Notes: a model not told the origin generated them from the sequence alone. Positions 1 through 10,200 are shown, numbered from the stretch's first letter. The stretch is 64,000 bases of DNA from an uncultured Nitrososphaerota archaeon (GCA_963703285.1 OY969807.1:416001-480000), one strand, 5' to 3'. Translations and numbers: made by a program.

Positions 1-1705
1 GAGGGCCGACAGACAGTATCGCGGCCTGGTCAACTTCATCGCAGGCGACACGGTGGTCGTCGAGTCGGAGGGGATCGCCTACGCGCTCGCCACCGAGGGC
101 TTCAGGACCGTGACTGCGGGCGGCGAGATATTCGAGCTAGGAGGAAGGGCCTTCGCCTACGGCCTGCACGACGTCGTCTCGAACATCCTCCAGTCCCTGG
201 AGGACATTGAGGACACGGGCGAGGTCGAGAGCGCGGTGGCCGCGCTGAAGGCCGCCATAGAGAAGCGCAAGCAGCTGCTCACCAACATGGAGCTCGACGG
301 CCGAGCGCTCGGCAAGGACCGCGTGAAGAAGATCGCCTCTGTCGCGGCCACGGGGGCGGAGGCGGAGACCATCTCCCGCCTCAGCAAGAGGTACCGCGCC
401 TTGTTCCGATCGCAGAGGCAGGAGAGGGACAACCAGCAGAAGGTTGTCGACCGGTACCTGCGCAGGCAGCAGACGCTCCAATCCAAGAGGGAGTCCATCA
501 CCCAGGAGATCAAGACCTTCGAGGTGACGCTGAAGCAGTGGGATGAGCTCGAGCTGGACAGGATGCTCGCCGAGCTCGAGGGGTCGAGGAACGACCTCTC
601 CCTGCAGCTGAACGAGCTGGTCTCCCGCGTCTCGGACGTCCACCTGTCGTACACGCGCGAGAGGTCGAACCTCGAGGAGATGCTCGAACCATCCTACCAG
701 AGGGTGAGGGTGGACCTCGAGAACGCGGAGCTCAAGTACGAGGACGACAGGCTCTTCATGCAGAACGGACGGAGGGAGCTGAGCGAGCTTGGCAAGAGGT
801 TCGCCGACCTCGACGCGCAGCTGCAGAAGGTCCTCTCCTCGTCCGCCAACAGCCAGCCGGTCATAGCCGAGTTCAACACCAAGATCAAGAGGCTCGAGGA
901 GGAGCGGTCGGCGGCTGAGAGGTCAGCGCTGAACACCGAGAAGGAGATCTTCTCCCTCCAGCAGGCCGCGGGCTCCATCCAGGAGAAGGTCGAGCAGTTC
1001 CTCGGACAGCTGCGCGTCTACGGCTACGATGACGTCCTCGAGGTCTTCGAGGGGAGCGAGCAGATGCTCTCGCAGGTGGAGTTCGAGTTCGAGGGTTTGG
1101 GCAGGTTCGTGAACAAGAGCGCCGAACGCGAGTACGCCGCGATCTACGACAACTACAGGCACCTCTCGGAGAGGATCAACGAGCTCGAGCGCGAGAGGAC
1201 GTCCATCGTGCGGTTCATCGAGAACATCGACGCGGAGAAGAAGAAGGTCTTCACGTCCGCCTACGAGACCATAAACGCCGAGTTCTCGGCCACCTTCAAG
1301 CGCCTGACGAACGGGGAGGGCCGGCTCGAGCTTGAGAACAAGGAGGACGCCTTCTCGGGAGGAATATTCCTGATGGGCAACTTCCGGGGAAAGGGCGACT
1401 GGGAGTCGTCGTCGATGTCCGGGGGAGAGAAGTCGGTCACGGCGGTCGCCCTGATACTCGCCATCCAGAAGGTCCACCCTCATCCGTTCTACCTCTTCGA
1501 CGAGATCGACCAGAACCTCGACCAGGCCAACTCGAAGAACCTCGCTGAGTTCCTCAGGGAGCGGTCAAACGGGGCCCAGATCATGGTCGTGTCCCTGAAG
1601 GACACGATGGTAGCCCAGAGCAGCGTCACCTACGGCGTCTACGCCGTCGGGGGTGTCTCGAGGATAGTCCGGTCCAAGCTGGAGGTCGAGCTCAAGAGTG
1701 GTTGA
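1..1705 (+). CDS. smc: Chromosome segregation protein SMC, C-terminal part (truncated by window edge)
   Basis: Long coiled coil, ABC signature MSGGEKS, Walker B FYLFDEID and D-loop; followed by scpA and scpB. Confidence 0.95.
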   Translation, partial: RADRQYRGLVNFIAGDTVVVESEGIAYALATEGFRTVTAGGEIFELGGRAFAYGLHDVVSNILQSLEDIEDTGEVESAVAALKAAIEKRKQLLTNMELDGRALGKDRVKKIASVAATGAEAETISRLSKRYRALFRSQRQERDNQQKVVDRYLRRQQTLQSKRESITQEIKTFEVTLKQWDELELDRMLAELEGSRNDLSLQLNELVSRVSDVHLSYTRERSNLEEMLEPSYQRVRVDLENAELKYEDDRLFMQNGRRELSELGKRFADLDAQLQKVLSSSANSQPVIAEFNTKIKRLEEERSAAERSALNTEKEIFSLQQAAGSIQEKVEQFLGQLRVYGYDDVLEVFEGSEQMLSQVEFEFEGLGRFVNKSAEREYAAIYDNYRHLSERINELERERTSIVRFIENIDAEKKKVFTSAYETINAEFSATFKRLTNGEGRLELENKEDAFSGGIFLMGNFRGKGDWESSSMSGGEKSVTAVALILAIQKVHPHPFYLFDEIDQNLDQANSKNLAEFLRERSNGAQIMVVSLKDTMVAQSSVTYGVYAVGGVSRIVRSKLEVELKSG

Positions 1706-2351
1706 AGACGAGTCGCTGTCGCGGCCGCCGCTGAACCTGCTGATCGACCCCAGGGCCGCGAAGAGGCAGAGCCCCTGGGAGATACACATAACCGAGCTGC
1801 TCGACCTCTTCCTCAAGGCGATCACGCGGTCGGAGATTCTGGACCTCAGGGTAGCGGGGACCGCCGCGGTGACGTCCGCCACGATCTACCGGTTCAAGGT
1901 CGAGTCGCTCTTCCTCTTCGAGAGGCTCCAGAGGGAGAGGAGGATCGTAGACACGACGGAGCCCCCCCAGATCGTCGTGATGCCCTTCCGGTACGAGATT
2001 TACTCCACGACGGTCGACGAGCTCTTCGAGGCCCTCTCGCGGATCCTGGAGGAGATTGTCGTCCACGAGAGGGAGGAGAGCACCGTCTCCACCTCGCTGC
2101 TCGACGATTCGCCTCCACCGAACCCCGAGGAGTACCTCATAACCATCCTCTCGAACCTGCAGGCCTTCAAGGCCATCCTCCGGGACAGGATCGGGGAGCT
2201 CGGACGGATCAAGTTCTCGGACCTGGTCCGGGGGATGCCCGTGGTCGAGGCGGCGCGGACGTTCATCCTCCTCCTCTTCTCCGCCAGCGGCGGGGAGGTG
2301 GTCCTGGAGCAGGACGGCGAAGAAGACTTCCTCGTGATTCTGGTGGGCTGA
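1698..2351 (+). CDS. scpA: Kleisin ScpA
   Basis: PWEIHITELL N-terminal motif, C-terminal wHTH (FILLLF...VVLEQ); overlaps smc stop. Confidence 0.88.
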   Translation: MVEDESLSRPPLNLLIDPRAAKRQSPWEIHITELLDLFLKAITRSEILDLRVAGTAAVTSATIYRFKVESLFLFERLQRERRIVDTTEPPQIVVMPFRYEIYSTTVDELFEALSRILEEIVVHEREESTVSTSLLDDSPPPNPEEYLITILSNLQAFKAILRDRIGELGRIKFSDLVRGMPVVEAARTFILLLFSASGGEVVLEQDGEEDFLVILVG

Positions 2352-2352
2352 C

Positions 2353-2877
2353 TTGAGCGAAGCGGCCAGGGACGTCCGTGCGAGGATAGAGGCGGCGCTC
2401 TACTCTTCGGGCAGGGCGCTCGACGCAGAGCAGCTCGCGAACGCGGCGGGGATATCGTCGAAGAGGCGCGCCACCGAGGAGGCGAAGGCGATAGCCGCGA
2501 GCCTCAAGTCTGCCCTCTCGGCCGTCGAGATAGTCGAGTACCCGGGGCCCAGGTTCGCGATGCAGCTCAAGGCGGAGTACACGAGCGTCGCCCGCAGGTT
2601 CGCCACGAAGCCGCTCCTCTCGAAGGCCGCCCTCAGGACGCTCTCCTTCATCGCGTACTTCCAGCCGATCTCCAGCTCCGACCTCGCCGCCAGGAGGAGC
2701 TCGTCGGTCTACGAGCACGTCAAGGACCTAGAGGAGGTCGGCTTCCTGGTGTGGGAGAGGAAGGGCCGCAGTAAGCTCTACAGGACCACCCCCGAGTTCG
2801 CGGAGTACTTCGGGCTCAGCACGGACGTACCGACCCTGAAGCATCAGCTCGAGAGACGGACCATGATACTGCGGTAG
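2353..2877 (+). CDS. scpB: SMC-Scp complex subunit ScpB
   Basis: IEAALY, LSKAALRTLSFIAYFQPI and LYRTTPEFAEYFGL motifs. Confidence 0.93.
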   Translation: MSEAARDVRARIEAALYSSGRALDAEQLANAAGISSKRRATEEAKAIAASLKSALSAVEIVEYPGPRFAMQLKAEYTSVARRFATKPLLSKAALRTLSFIAYFQPISSSDLAARRSSSVYEHVKDLEEVGFLVWERKGRSKLYRTTPEFAEYFGLSTDVPTLKHQLERRTMILR

Positions 2878-2976
2878 CCGTCCCCTCCAGACAGTGCGGA
2901 TGGGAGGACGCCAGGCTGATCCCTCAAGAGAAAGCCTTAACACCTCCCGCTGGGCCGCCGGTCAAGGTTTCCACAC

Positions 2977-3360
2977 ATGGTCAAGGCCGTCGAGAACCTC
3001 AGGAAGAAGAAGCTCACCGGAGGGAAGAGGAGGCCGAACCGCTCCCGAAGGGCGTTCGAGGCCGACGACTATCCCTTCGAGCCGGTGGTCGGCGAGACCG
3101 TAAGGTCCCCGAAGAGGACTAGGGGAGGCACGCTCTCCTACGGGCTCCGCTCGGCGTCGGAGGCAAACGTCTGCGACGCCTCCACCGGGAAGACGGTGAA
3201 GAGCAAGATAATCCGCGTCTCGGCCAACAAGGCAAACAGGGAGTACGAGCGGAGGGGCGTCATAACGAAGGGAGCGGTCATCGAGACGGAGCTTGGGAGC
3301 GCGAGGGTGACCTCGAGACCGAGCGACGATGGCGTCGTCAACGCGGTGCTCATCAAGTGA
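2977..3360 (+). CDS. rps8e: 30S ribosomal protein eS8 (S8e)
   Basis: KKLTGGKRR, RTRGG, ITKGAVIETELGSARVTSRP motifs. Confidence 0.96.
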   Translation: MVKAVENLRKKKLTGGKRRPNRSRRAFEADDYPFEPVVGETVRSPKRTRGGTLSYGLRSASEANVCDASTGKTVKSKIIRVSANKANREYERRGVITKGAVIETELGSARVTSRPSDDGVVNAVLIK

Positions 3361-3361
3361 C

Positions 3362-3682
3362 TTGAAGTCCTACGACAGGTTCGTTGTCTGGCTGGATTAC
3401 CTCGATTCGGAGAGAAAACGGTCCGAGGGGAGGCGCGTCCCCCTCAACTCGTGCTCCCGCGCTCCCACGCTCGACGAGCTGACGCTCGCCTGCGCCAGGC
3501 TGAACCTCCACCCCGAACCCCAGGTTGCGAGGTTCCCCTCCGCGGCCTCGCGGATATCGGGTTACGTCTCGGTCGACAAGAGGTCGAGGAAGCAGCCCGA
3601 ACTCATGCAGATCTCGCGCGAGCTCTCGAAGGTCAAGGGCGAGAGGGCCGCCGGCCAAGGAAAACTTAAAGGCAAGTCCTAG
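3362..3682 (+). CDS. srp19: Signal recognition particle protein SRP19
   Basis: VVWLDYLDSERKRSEGRRVP motif; TTG start at 3362 inferred. Confidence 0.9.
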   Translation: MKSYDRFVVWLDYLDSERKRSEGRRVPLNSCSRAPTLDELTLACARLNLHPEPQVARFPSAASRISGYVSVDKRSRKQPELMQISRELSKVKGERAAGQGKLKGKS

Positions 3683-3697
3683 TCATTCCGCTCCTAC

Positions 3698-3919
3698 ATG
3701 CGAGAGGTAGGGGAGGTTCTTCACACTGCCCGAAGCGGGCGCATAATACTTCGCCTCGAGGGCGAGGTTCCTGCGGGGACGGTTCTCCTCGATTCGAAGG
3801 GGAGGAACGCCGCGAAGGTGATGGAACTCCTCGGTCCGGTCGCGAAGCCGTACGCGTCTGCGATACCCGGGTCCTCGAAGTTCGGGACGAAGGGACAGAA
3901 GGCCTACCTCTCAGGGTAG
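3698..3919 (+). CDS. gar1: H/ACA RNP component Gar1
   Basis: VGEVLH...ELLGPVAKPYAS motif; conserved position upstream of tfb. Confidence 0.85.
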   Translation: MREVGEVLHTARSGRIILRLEGEVPAGTVLLDSKGRNAAKVMELLGPVAKPYASAIPGSSKFGTKGQKAYLSG

Positions 3920-3930
3920 GGCAGACGCAC

Positions 3931-4875
3931 ATGTGGGAGACCAGAGCCGACGAAGGGCTTTTCCGGATTTACTGCCCCAACTGTGGCAACAGGCTCATCG
4001 GTGACTCGGAGAAGGGCGAGCAGGTCTGCCCCTCCTGCGGCTACGTGACCAGCGCTCCGGAGGACGAGGGCCCGGAGTGGAAGGCGGTGGACCTCGAAGA
4101 GAAGAGCAAGCGCGTCCGCGTCGGTTCGCCGACCACGCTCACGCTCCACGACCTGGGCCTCTCGACCGACATAAGCATGGAGATGCGCGACTCCCACGGG
4201 AAGTACCTCGACCCGACCATGCGCGCCACCGTGGAGAAGATGAAGAAGTGGCAGAGTCGGATACGGACCAGCAACAGCCAGGAGCGCGGGCTCTCGATAG
4301 TTCTGGCGAGGATCACCGAGGTCTGCGACAACCTGTCCCTTCCCAAGAACGTGGCCGAGACGGCGGCCCACATCTATCGCACCTCCGTCAGGCTGAAGGT
4401 CGCCAAGAGCAAGTCGATAATGGGGATGACCGCGGCGGTGGTACTTCTCGCGTGCAGGAAGTGCGGCGTGAGCAGGACCCTGAAGGAGGTCGCTAGGGCG
4501 GCCGGTATCGAGAAGGGCGCCGCGGCGAAGTACTTCAGGCTGATTCTGAAGGACGTGGAGAAGGACTACGTGCCCCCGCCGTCCGTCGAGAAGCACATCT
4601 CCAAGCTAGTGAACCTTGCCAAGATAGACCCCAGGGTCGAGCACCTCGCGCTGTACCTCTCCCGTTCGACCAACGACTCGAAGATCTCGAGCGGCAAGGC
4701 CCCCGCGGGGTTGGCCGCGGCGTACGTCTACATGTCGTGCGTGATGCGCGGCGAGCACCTGCCCCAGAGGGAGATAGCAGAGTTCGCCGAGGTGACCGAG
4801 GTGACCGTCAGGAACAGGTGCAGGGAGCTACTAGACAACTACATAATAAGGCAGAAACTGGGGTCGGCGGAATAG
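3931..4875 (+). CDS. tfb: Transcription initiation factor IIB
   Basis: Zn ribbon CPNC..CPSCG, GPEW B-reader, two cyclin repeats, VTEVTVRNR. Confidence 0.96.
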   Translation: MWETRADEGLFRIYCPNCGNRLIGDSEKGEQVCPSCGYVTSAPEDEGPEWKAVDLEEKSKRVRVGSPTTLTLHDLGLSTDISMEMRDSHGKYLDPTMRATVEKMKKWQSRIRTSNSQERGLSIVLARITEVCDNLSLPKNVAETAAHIYRTSVRLKVAKSKSIMGMTAAVVLLACRKCGVSRTLKEVARAAGIEKGAAAKYFRLILKDVEKDYVPPPSVEKHISKLVNLAKIDPRVEHLALYLSRSTNDSKISSGKAPAGLAAAYVYMSCVMRGEHLPQREIAEFAEVTEVTVRNRCRELLDNYIIRQKLGSAE

Positions 4876-5370
4876 TTGGAAAGGAAGAAGAGCTCGACGC
4901 AGACGAAGACGGAGAAGCCGGCCAAGGCGGAGAAGGAGGCTAGCCAGAAGCCCCCGCGCCCCGCGGGCCTGGCCGAGAAGACTGAGGAGGAGCTCGTCGA
5001 CCTGACCTCGAGGGTCTACAAGCTCGTCGTGGAGAGAGGCAAGGACGGGGTGCTCCAGAGCGAGATATGGAAGGAGCTCGGGCTCACGAGCAGGGACGGC
5101 TCGAGGCTGGCGATAAGGCTGGAGAAGAGGGGCATGATAAAGAGGGTCAAGGTCCTCGACGACGGAAGGTGGACGTACAAGCTCACCCCGCTGCGACTGC
5201 CCGCCAACATCTCGTCGATGGAGTCGGCCCCGTGCATCGTCTGCCCGGTGGAGGGCAAGTGCTCCGTGACCACCGAGGTCAATCCGTTCACATGCCCGCT
5301 GTTGGGGCCCTGGGTTGTGAAGGAGCACAAGGACTCCCTCGTGATGGTCACCGTCGCGCAAGTCGCCTAG
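4876..5370 (+). CDS. RPC34-like winged-helix/Fe-S protein (TFE beta subunit)
   Basis: GVLQSEIWKELGLTSRDGSR wHTH plus C-terminal PCxxCxxxxxC...C cluster; gar1-tfb synteny. Confidence 0.8.
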   Translation: MERKKSSTQTKTEKPAKAEKEASQKPPRPAGLAEKTEEELVDLTSRVYKLVVERGKDGVLQSEIWKELGLTSRDGSRLAIRLEKRGMIKRVKVLDDGRWTYKLTPLRLPANISSMESAPCIVCPVEGKCSVTTEVNPFTCPLLGPWVVKEHKDSLVMVTVAQVA

Positions 5371-5376
5371 GGCGCC

Positions 5377-5973
5377 ATGAGGCTATCAGAGGCCCGCAGG
5401 GACTACTACCGCAGGCGGGCAAAGGAAGAGGGGTACAAGAGCAGGGCCGCCTACAAGCTCCTCGAGGCAATCAAGAAGTACGGGCTCATCAGGCCGGGCG
5501 AGAGGGTCATTGACCTCGGGGCGGCACCAGGCGGATGGCTCCAGGTCGCATCCAAGGCCGCCGGCCCGACGGGGATGGTCGTCGGGGTCGACATCTCCCC
5601 CATCAGGGTAGAGATGGAGAACGTCCGCACCCTGAGGATGGACGTCAACGACCCCGGGCTGCCGGCGGCCATCAGTGACCTCCTGAAGCGACCGGCCGAC
5701 GTCCTTCTCTCCGACATCTCCCCCCGGATCTCAGGCGTCTGGGACCTCGACCAGTACAAGCAGATCGAGCTCACGATAAGGTCCATCTCGATGGGAGACG
5801 AGCTCCTCAGGGTGGGCGGGAAGGCGATGTTCAAGGTCTTCCAGGGCGAGCGCTTCAAGGAGGCTGAGGAGGCGGCGCGAAGTCGTTTCGAGTTCGTTGC
5901 CATCATGAAGCCCCTGGCCAGCAGGACCGAGAGCTCCGAGATGTACCTCCTCTGCCTAAAGCGGCGCGCGTGA
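5377..5973 (+). CDS. rlmE: 23S rRNA 2'-O-methyltransferase RlmE/FtsJ
   Basis: YKSRAAYKL, DLGAAPGGW, KPLASRTESSEMY motifs. Confidence 0.95.
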   Translation: MRLSEARRDYYRRRAKEEGYKSRAAYKLLEAIKKYGLIRPGERVIDLGAAPGGWLQVASKAAGPTGMVVGVDISPIRVEMENVRTLRMDVNDPGLPAAISDLLKRPADVLLSDISPRISGVWDLDQYKQIELTIRSISMGDELLRVGGKAMFKVFQGERFKEAEEAARSRFEFVAIMKPLASRTESSEMYLLCLKRRA

Positions 5974-7131
5974 TGCCTCGCGCAGCGCGGAGGAGAACTG
6001 TTCGTAGCTCGCGTCCGTCTTGATCCCACCCCCTTCGAAGGGCTGACCGGCCGCCGCGAAGCCCGCGTTCTCGAGGGCCTCCAGGGCCCTGCGGGCCGAG
6101 ACGGAGGGTATCCTCATCCTGGAGCACGCGCGCTCCGTGGAGTAGCTGTATGGTGGGAAGCGGTCCACGTTCCGTAGCGAGACAAGTGTGCCCGCCGCGT
6201 CCGTCCACCCCCTGCTCTCCGAGAACCCGGCAGCGCCGTCCACGACCTCGTTGTCGAGGAGGCCCCCGGTCCAGAGGGGTCCGGCCGAGTGCACTCTGGA
6301 CCCGCACCGCGGACAGCGCTGGAGCGACGTCGGGCCTTCGGAGCGGTCGCCGCAGGCGTTGCACTGCGTGACGTAGCCGATGGATCTTACCGACCCGTCC
6401 GCGGCCTTCGCGCCCCTCCTCACCCTGAAGAAGACTCGAAGGTAGTGCAGCGTGCTGTGGGCCGCGACCGGCTCAATCCCGATGTCGTTGATGCCGCCCA
6501 TCCGGGCCGCGAACCCCAGGAGTATCCTGAGTCCGGTCTCGTGCACGTATTCGCTGCGGACGGCCAGCGCACCGTACCTCCTCAGCGATACCGCGGGGTA
6601 GACGCCGCAGAGGACCGCGGCGTCTGTCGCCGTCACCGACAGCATCGCCCCGTCCGAGGCCGCCATGGTTGCGGCGAGCACCAAGGGCGCGGGCGTGCCG
6701 AACGGGTCCACGTCGACGGCGTCGAACTTCTCCTGCCTCTCGAACCTCGAGGCGAGGAACCTGGCGGACTCTCCGTGCACCACGGTGCACCTGCCGCCGA
6801 GGCGGTTCCTACGGACGCTCCTCCTCGCGACGGCGAGCGAGGGCTCGCTGAAATCTAGGAGCGTCACACGGACGTCGCGGGACGACTCCTTGGCGATACG
6901 AAGCCCCCTCGCCCCCGTGGCCGCGAGGGCGTCGAGGTATGTGGCGGGCCTCGTGACCGCGGCTACCGCCACGGAGATGTCCCTGTTCGTCCTCGCGGCG
7001 GGGTTGAAGAAGACGGGATGCGTGGGGGGCAGCCTCCCACCGAGGCTCGCGGCGGGAACGTACAGCTCAGTCTCACCCTCGGTGACGAGCTCGAGCTTCG
7101 GAAGCACGACGCCGGGCAGGCGGTGAAGCAT
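5956..7131 (-). CDS. trm1: tRNA (guanine-26-N2)-dimethyltransferase Trm1
   Basis: VFFNP, DALAATGARGLR, DVDPFGTP, VTATD, Zn ribbon, GPLW. Confidence 0.93.
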   Translation of the reverse strand: MLHRLPGVVLPKLELVTEGETELYVPAASLGGRLPPTHPVFFNPAARTNRDISVAVAAVTRPATYLDALAATGARGLRIAKESSRDVRVTLLDFSEPSLAVARRSVRRNRLGGRCTVVHGESARFLASRFERQEKFDAVDVDPFGTPAPLVLAATMAASDGAMLSVTATDAAVLCGVYPAVSLRRYGALAVRSEYVHETGLRILLGFAARMGGINDIGIEPVAAHSTLHYLRVFFRVRRGAKAADGSVRSIGYVTQCNACGDRSEGPTSLQRCPRCGSRVHSAGPLWTGGLLDNEVVDGAAGFSESRGWTDAAGTLVSLRNVDRFPPYSYSTERACSRMRIPSVSARRALEALENAGFAAAGQPFEGGGIKTDASYEQFSSALREASRAPL

Positions 7132-7159
7132 TTAAGCCGAACCAGGCGCTGGACTGCCG

Positions 7160-7732
7160 TTGTCCACCCGCGTTCGAGCCTGGATCCTCTCCGGGCCACC
7201 GGGTATCGGCAAGTCCACGGTCGTCTCCAGGGTCATCTACCTCGTCCGCTCGAAGGGGTACGGGGTCGGCGGGTGCCTAACGAGGGAGAGGAGGCGGGGA
7301 AGGGAGCGGGTCGGATTCACGATAATCGACCTCATGACGGGCATCGAGGCGCCGCTCGCCTCCTCCGACAGCTCCCTGGGCCCCAGAGTAGGCCGCTACC
7401 GGGTGGACGTCAAGGGGCTCGCCGAGATCGGGGCGGGCGCTCTCCGCAGGGCCGCCGGGGGCGCCGACCTGATAGTCATCGACGAGGTAGGTCCCATGGA
7501 GCTGACGAGCCCGGAGTTCAGGAGGGCCGTCGAGAGTTGCCTAGGCTCGGGTAGGCCGATCCTCGCCGTCGTCCACGAGATGATGAAGGACCCCCTCATA
7601 GACTCGATTCGCTCGCTCCCCGAGAAGGAGACGACGGAGGTCACCCTCCACAACAGGGAGTCTCTCGCGGAGTCCCTCTCGCGGCAGATCCTGGACGCCC
7701 TCTCCCTGCGTGAGCAACGACCGGAGTCCTGA
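7160..7732 (+). CDS. THEP1-family NTPase
   Basis: GPPGIGKST P-loop, IVIDEVGPME. Confidence 0.92.
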   Translation: MSTRVRAWILSGPPGIGKSTVVSRVIYLVRSKGYGVGGCLTRERRRGRERVGFTIIDLMTGIEAPLASSDSSLGPRVGRYRVDVKGLAEIGAGALRRAAGGADLIVIDEVGPMELTSPEFRRAVESCLGSGRPILAVVHEMMKDPLIDSIRSLPEKETTEVTLHNRESLAESLSRQILDALSLREQRPES

Positions 7733-7734
7733 GG

Positions 7735-8394
7735 ATGGCGTCCCGCGACAGGGTTGGGGGGATCGACGAGGCGGGACGCGGATCCGTCGTCGGTCCGCTT
7801 GTCGTGGCCGGAGTCTCGGCGAGCGCCGGGGCCCTGGATCGTCTCCAGGAGCTGGGAGTGAAGGACTCCAAGCTGCTAACGAGGCGGAGGAGGTCGTCCC
7901 TCTACGAGGACATCAGGAGCCACTGCGACGTGGTCGTCTTCCTCCCAATCCACCCGCCCGAGATCGACAGGTACGTGATTTACGGTCGCAGGCTGCGGAA
8001 GCTCAACTTCCTCGAGGCTATACACATGGCGAGGATAATACCCCTCCTCTCGGTGGATCAGGTCTTCGTCGACGCGCCTGACACCAACCCCTCGCGGTTC
8101 GCTTCGGAGCTGTCTGCGATGCTCGACCCCTGTCCGAAGATAGTGGCGGAGCACAGGGCCGACAGGAACTACGTCGTCGTCTCGGCCGCATCCATAGTCG
8201 CGAAGGTCGAGCGGGACCGCGCCGTGGAGCTGCTCCGGGCGGAGAACGGCGAGTTCGGGTCGGGGTACCCCTCGGACGCAGAGACCATAGCCTATCTCAG
8301 GAGCTGGGTCGAGAGGGAGGGGGCCATCCCGTCCTTCGCGAGGAGGTCTTGGAAGACTTGGGACAGGATTCTTACCCTCACGCTCTCTCCCTAG
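7735..8394 (+). CDS. rnhB: Ribonuclease HII
   Basis: GIDEAGRG, KDSK, SAASIVAKVERD, GSGYPSD. Confidence 0.96.
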   Translation: MASRDRVGGIDEAGRGSVVGPLVVAGVSASAGALDRLQELGVKDSKLLTRRRRSSLYEDIRSHCDVVVFLPIHPPEIDRYVIYGRRLRKLNFLEAIHMARIIPLLSVDQVFVDAPDTNPSRFASELSAMLDPCPKIVAEHRADRNYVVVSAASIVAKVERDRAVELLRAENGEFGSGYPSDAETIAYLRSWVEREGAIPSFARRSWKTWDRILTLTLSP

Positions 8395-9053
8395 ATGCCG
8401 TATGTTGCGGAGATGAGGGCGTGGTCCCTGTCGAAGGGGCTGAGCTCTATGGTCCTGCCCACCGAGAAACCGGCTTGGGCAAGCTTCGCCGCCTCATCGC
8501 GGAAGACGTCCCTCGGCTCCCTAAGCACGTCGATGGACCTCGACTTCACGACGAGGAGCAGGGTCCCCCCGCTCTTGAGGTTCCTCCTGCAGTTTTCGAT
8601 CGCTATCCCGGTCTGGTCCTGCTGGGCGATGTCGCAGTAGACGACGTCGACCCTGCCGAACGACGAGAACCTCCCCGCGTCCCTGGCGTCGGCGATGTAG
8701 GGGACGACGTTCTTCCTCACCTTCGCAACCTTCTCGATGAATTCCCGCCCCACCCGGGGCGCGAACTCGACCCCGATGACCAGCCCCTTTGGCCCGACGA
8801 TGTCGGAGACGTGGGAGGGCGTCGTCCCGGTCGACGTTCCGAGGTAGAGCACTCTGTCGCCGACTCTGATGGTGTCGGGGGGGAGCCCCTTGAGGATGGC
8901 GCCGGCGAGCTTGGACCTGAAGGGGTCCCAGGTCCGGAACTCAGTCCCCTCTATCCTGACGAGGTCTTCTCCGTACGTCCTCGTACCCGGAACGAGGTTC
9001 CTTGTGAGGACCTCTTCCCTTCCGCCCCTTGCCGTAACGAGGACGTTTGTCAT
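8391..9053 (-). CDS. flpA: Fibrillarin, box C/D 2'-O-methyltransferase
   Basis: WDPFRSKLAGAI, VLYLGTSTGTTPSHVSDIV, DIAQQDQ. Confidence 0.95.
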   Translation of the reverse strand: MTNVLVTARGGREEVLTRNLVPGTRTYGEDLVRIEGTEFRTWDPFRSKLAGAILKGLPPDTIRVGDRVLYLGTSTGTTPSHVSDIVGPKGLVIGVEFAPRVGREFIEKVAKVRKNVVPYIADARDAGRFSSFGRVDVVYCDIAQQDQTGIAIENCRRNLKSGGTLLLVVKSRSIDVLREPRDVFRDEAAKLAQAGFSVGRTIELSPFDRDHALISATYGI

Positions 9054-10200
9054 CTCCCTGCGATCTTTTCGGCGCGACGGTCTCCCTTGGCTCCTTATAC
9101 TTTATCCTGATCTCCTCCAGCCTCCTCTCCAGAGTCCCCGTGAGCGCGTCCTCCTTCGAGCCCCTGTAGAAGTCGATCCTCGCTGCGATGGCTATCTTGT
9201 TGGCGAGCGCGCGTGCGATCTTGCCCCGCTGCCACTTCGGCGCGCTGTGCACCGCGTCGTGCTGGAAGAGTATCCCGTGCTTCGGGGGGCGGGCGCCCGT
9301 CCTGAGCGCCCTGAAGAGCGCCTTCTCTGCTCCAAGGACCTGGATGGTGCTCGCGGGCAGCCTGGCCAGCCTTTCGAGGCCGCCAGCCCTCGCCATGAGC
9401 CTCGCCCCGATCGTCGCCCCCGCCACCGCCGTCGTGTTGGGCGCGATCCTGCCCATGGTCGACTCGACGTACTCGGCCATCTTCTCCCTCTCCGATGCTA
9501 TCCCAAGCACGACCTGCGCAAGGCCGATCATCCTGTTGAGGTCTCGTTCCGTGACCGCGCCCCCCTTCGACGCTTCCGAGGCGAGGAGGATCGCCTCCAC
9601 CTTCTTGTCGCTGAACCCCTTCCCGTCCAGCTTCTCCTCGCTGAACCCGCCCCTGGCTCCGTTCTCGACAATCAGCCTGCTGAGCGCCACGTTGTCGCCA
9701 ATTATCTGCTGGAGTTCAGGGAAGTGAAGCCCGTACCACTCGGCCACCCTCTCCGAGGTGACGTTGAGGAACCTGTCGAGCTCATCGAGCGCCTGGATGG
9801 CGTGTACGAGCTGGAGGTCCTCCCTCGACGACTCCACGCTGATCCGCTTCTCGGCGGCCTCGAGCGCCCGCAGCCTCACCATCTCGGTCGCCTCGTCTTC
9901 GTCCTTGGCGAGCCCCGCCCTGACCATGATGGCGATCCTCTGGGCGTTGAGCTCGTCGAGCTCCGCCTCCGTGAGGAGGCTCACCCTGAGGCCGAGCTTC
10001 TGGAGCTCCGGGGGCGACGCTTGGTCCGCCACCTTCACCGACTCGAACCCCTCCGACCTCGCTTTCCCGCCGATCCTGGCGATGTCCTGGGCTGGGTCGG
10101 TGGACCTCTTCACCGCGAAGACGACCCTCTCCCCTTGCAGCAGGACGAAACCCGCTTCGGTCTCGATGAGGACTGGCTCGTCTGCCAAAATCTTTCCCAC
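8941..10200 (-). CDS. nop5: Nop5/Nop56 box C/D RNP protein
   Basis: EWYGLHFPEL, PASTIQVLGAEKALF, PPKHGILFQH. Confidence 0.95.
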   Translation of the reverse strand: MGKILADEPVLIETEAGFVLLQGERVVFAVKRSTDPAQDIARIGGKARSEGFESVKVADQASPPELQKLGLRVSLLTEAELDELNAQRIAIMVRAGLAKDEDEATEMVRLRALEAAEKRISVESSREDLQLVHAIQALDELDRFLNVTSERVAEWYGLHFPELQQIIGDNVALSRLIVENGARGGFSEEKLDGKGFSDKKVEAILLASEASKGGAVTERDLNRMIGLAQVVLGIASEREKMAEYVESTMGRIAPNTTAVAGATIGARLMARAGGLERLARLPASTIQVLGAEKALFRALRTGARPPKHGILFQHDAVHSAPKWQRGKIARALANKIAIAARIDFYRGSKEDALTGTLERRLEEIRIKYKEPRETVAPKRSQGDDKRPRYGKGRKGRGPHKEPRSGYEDVRRRPRQDRGD

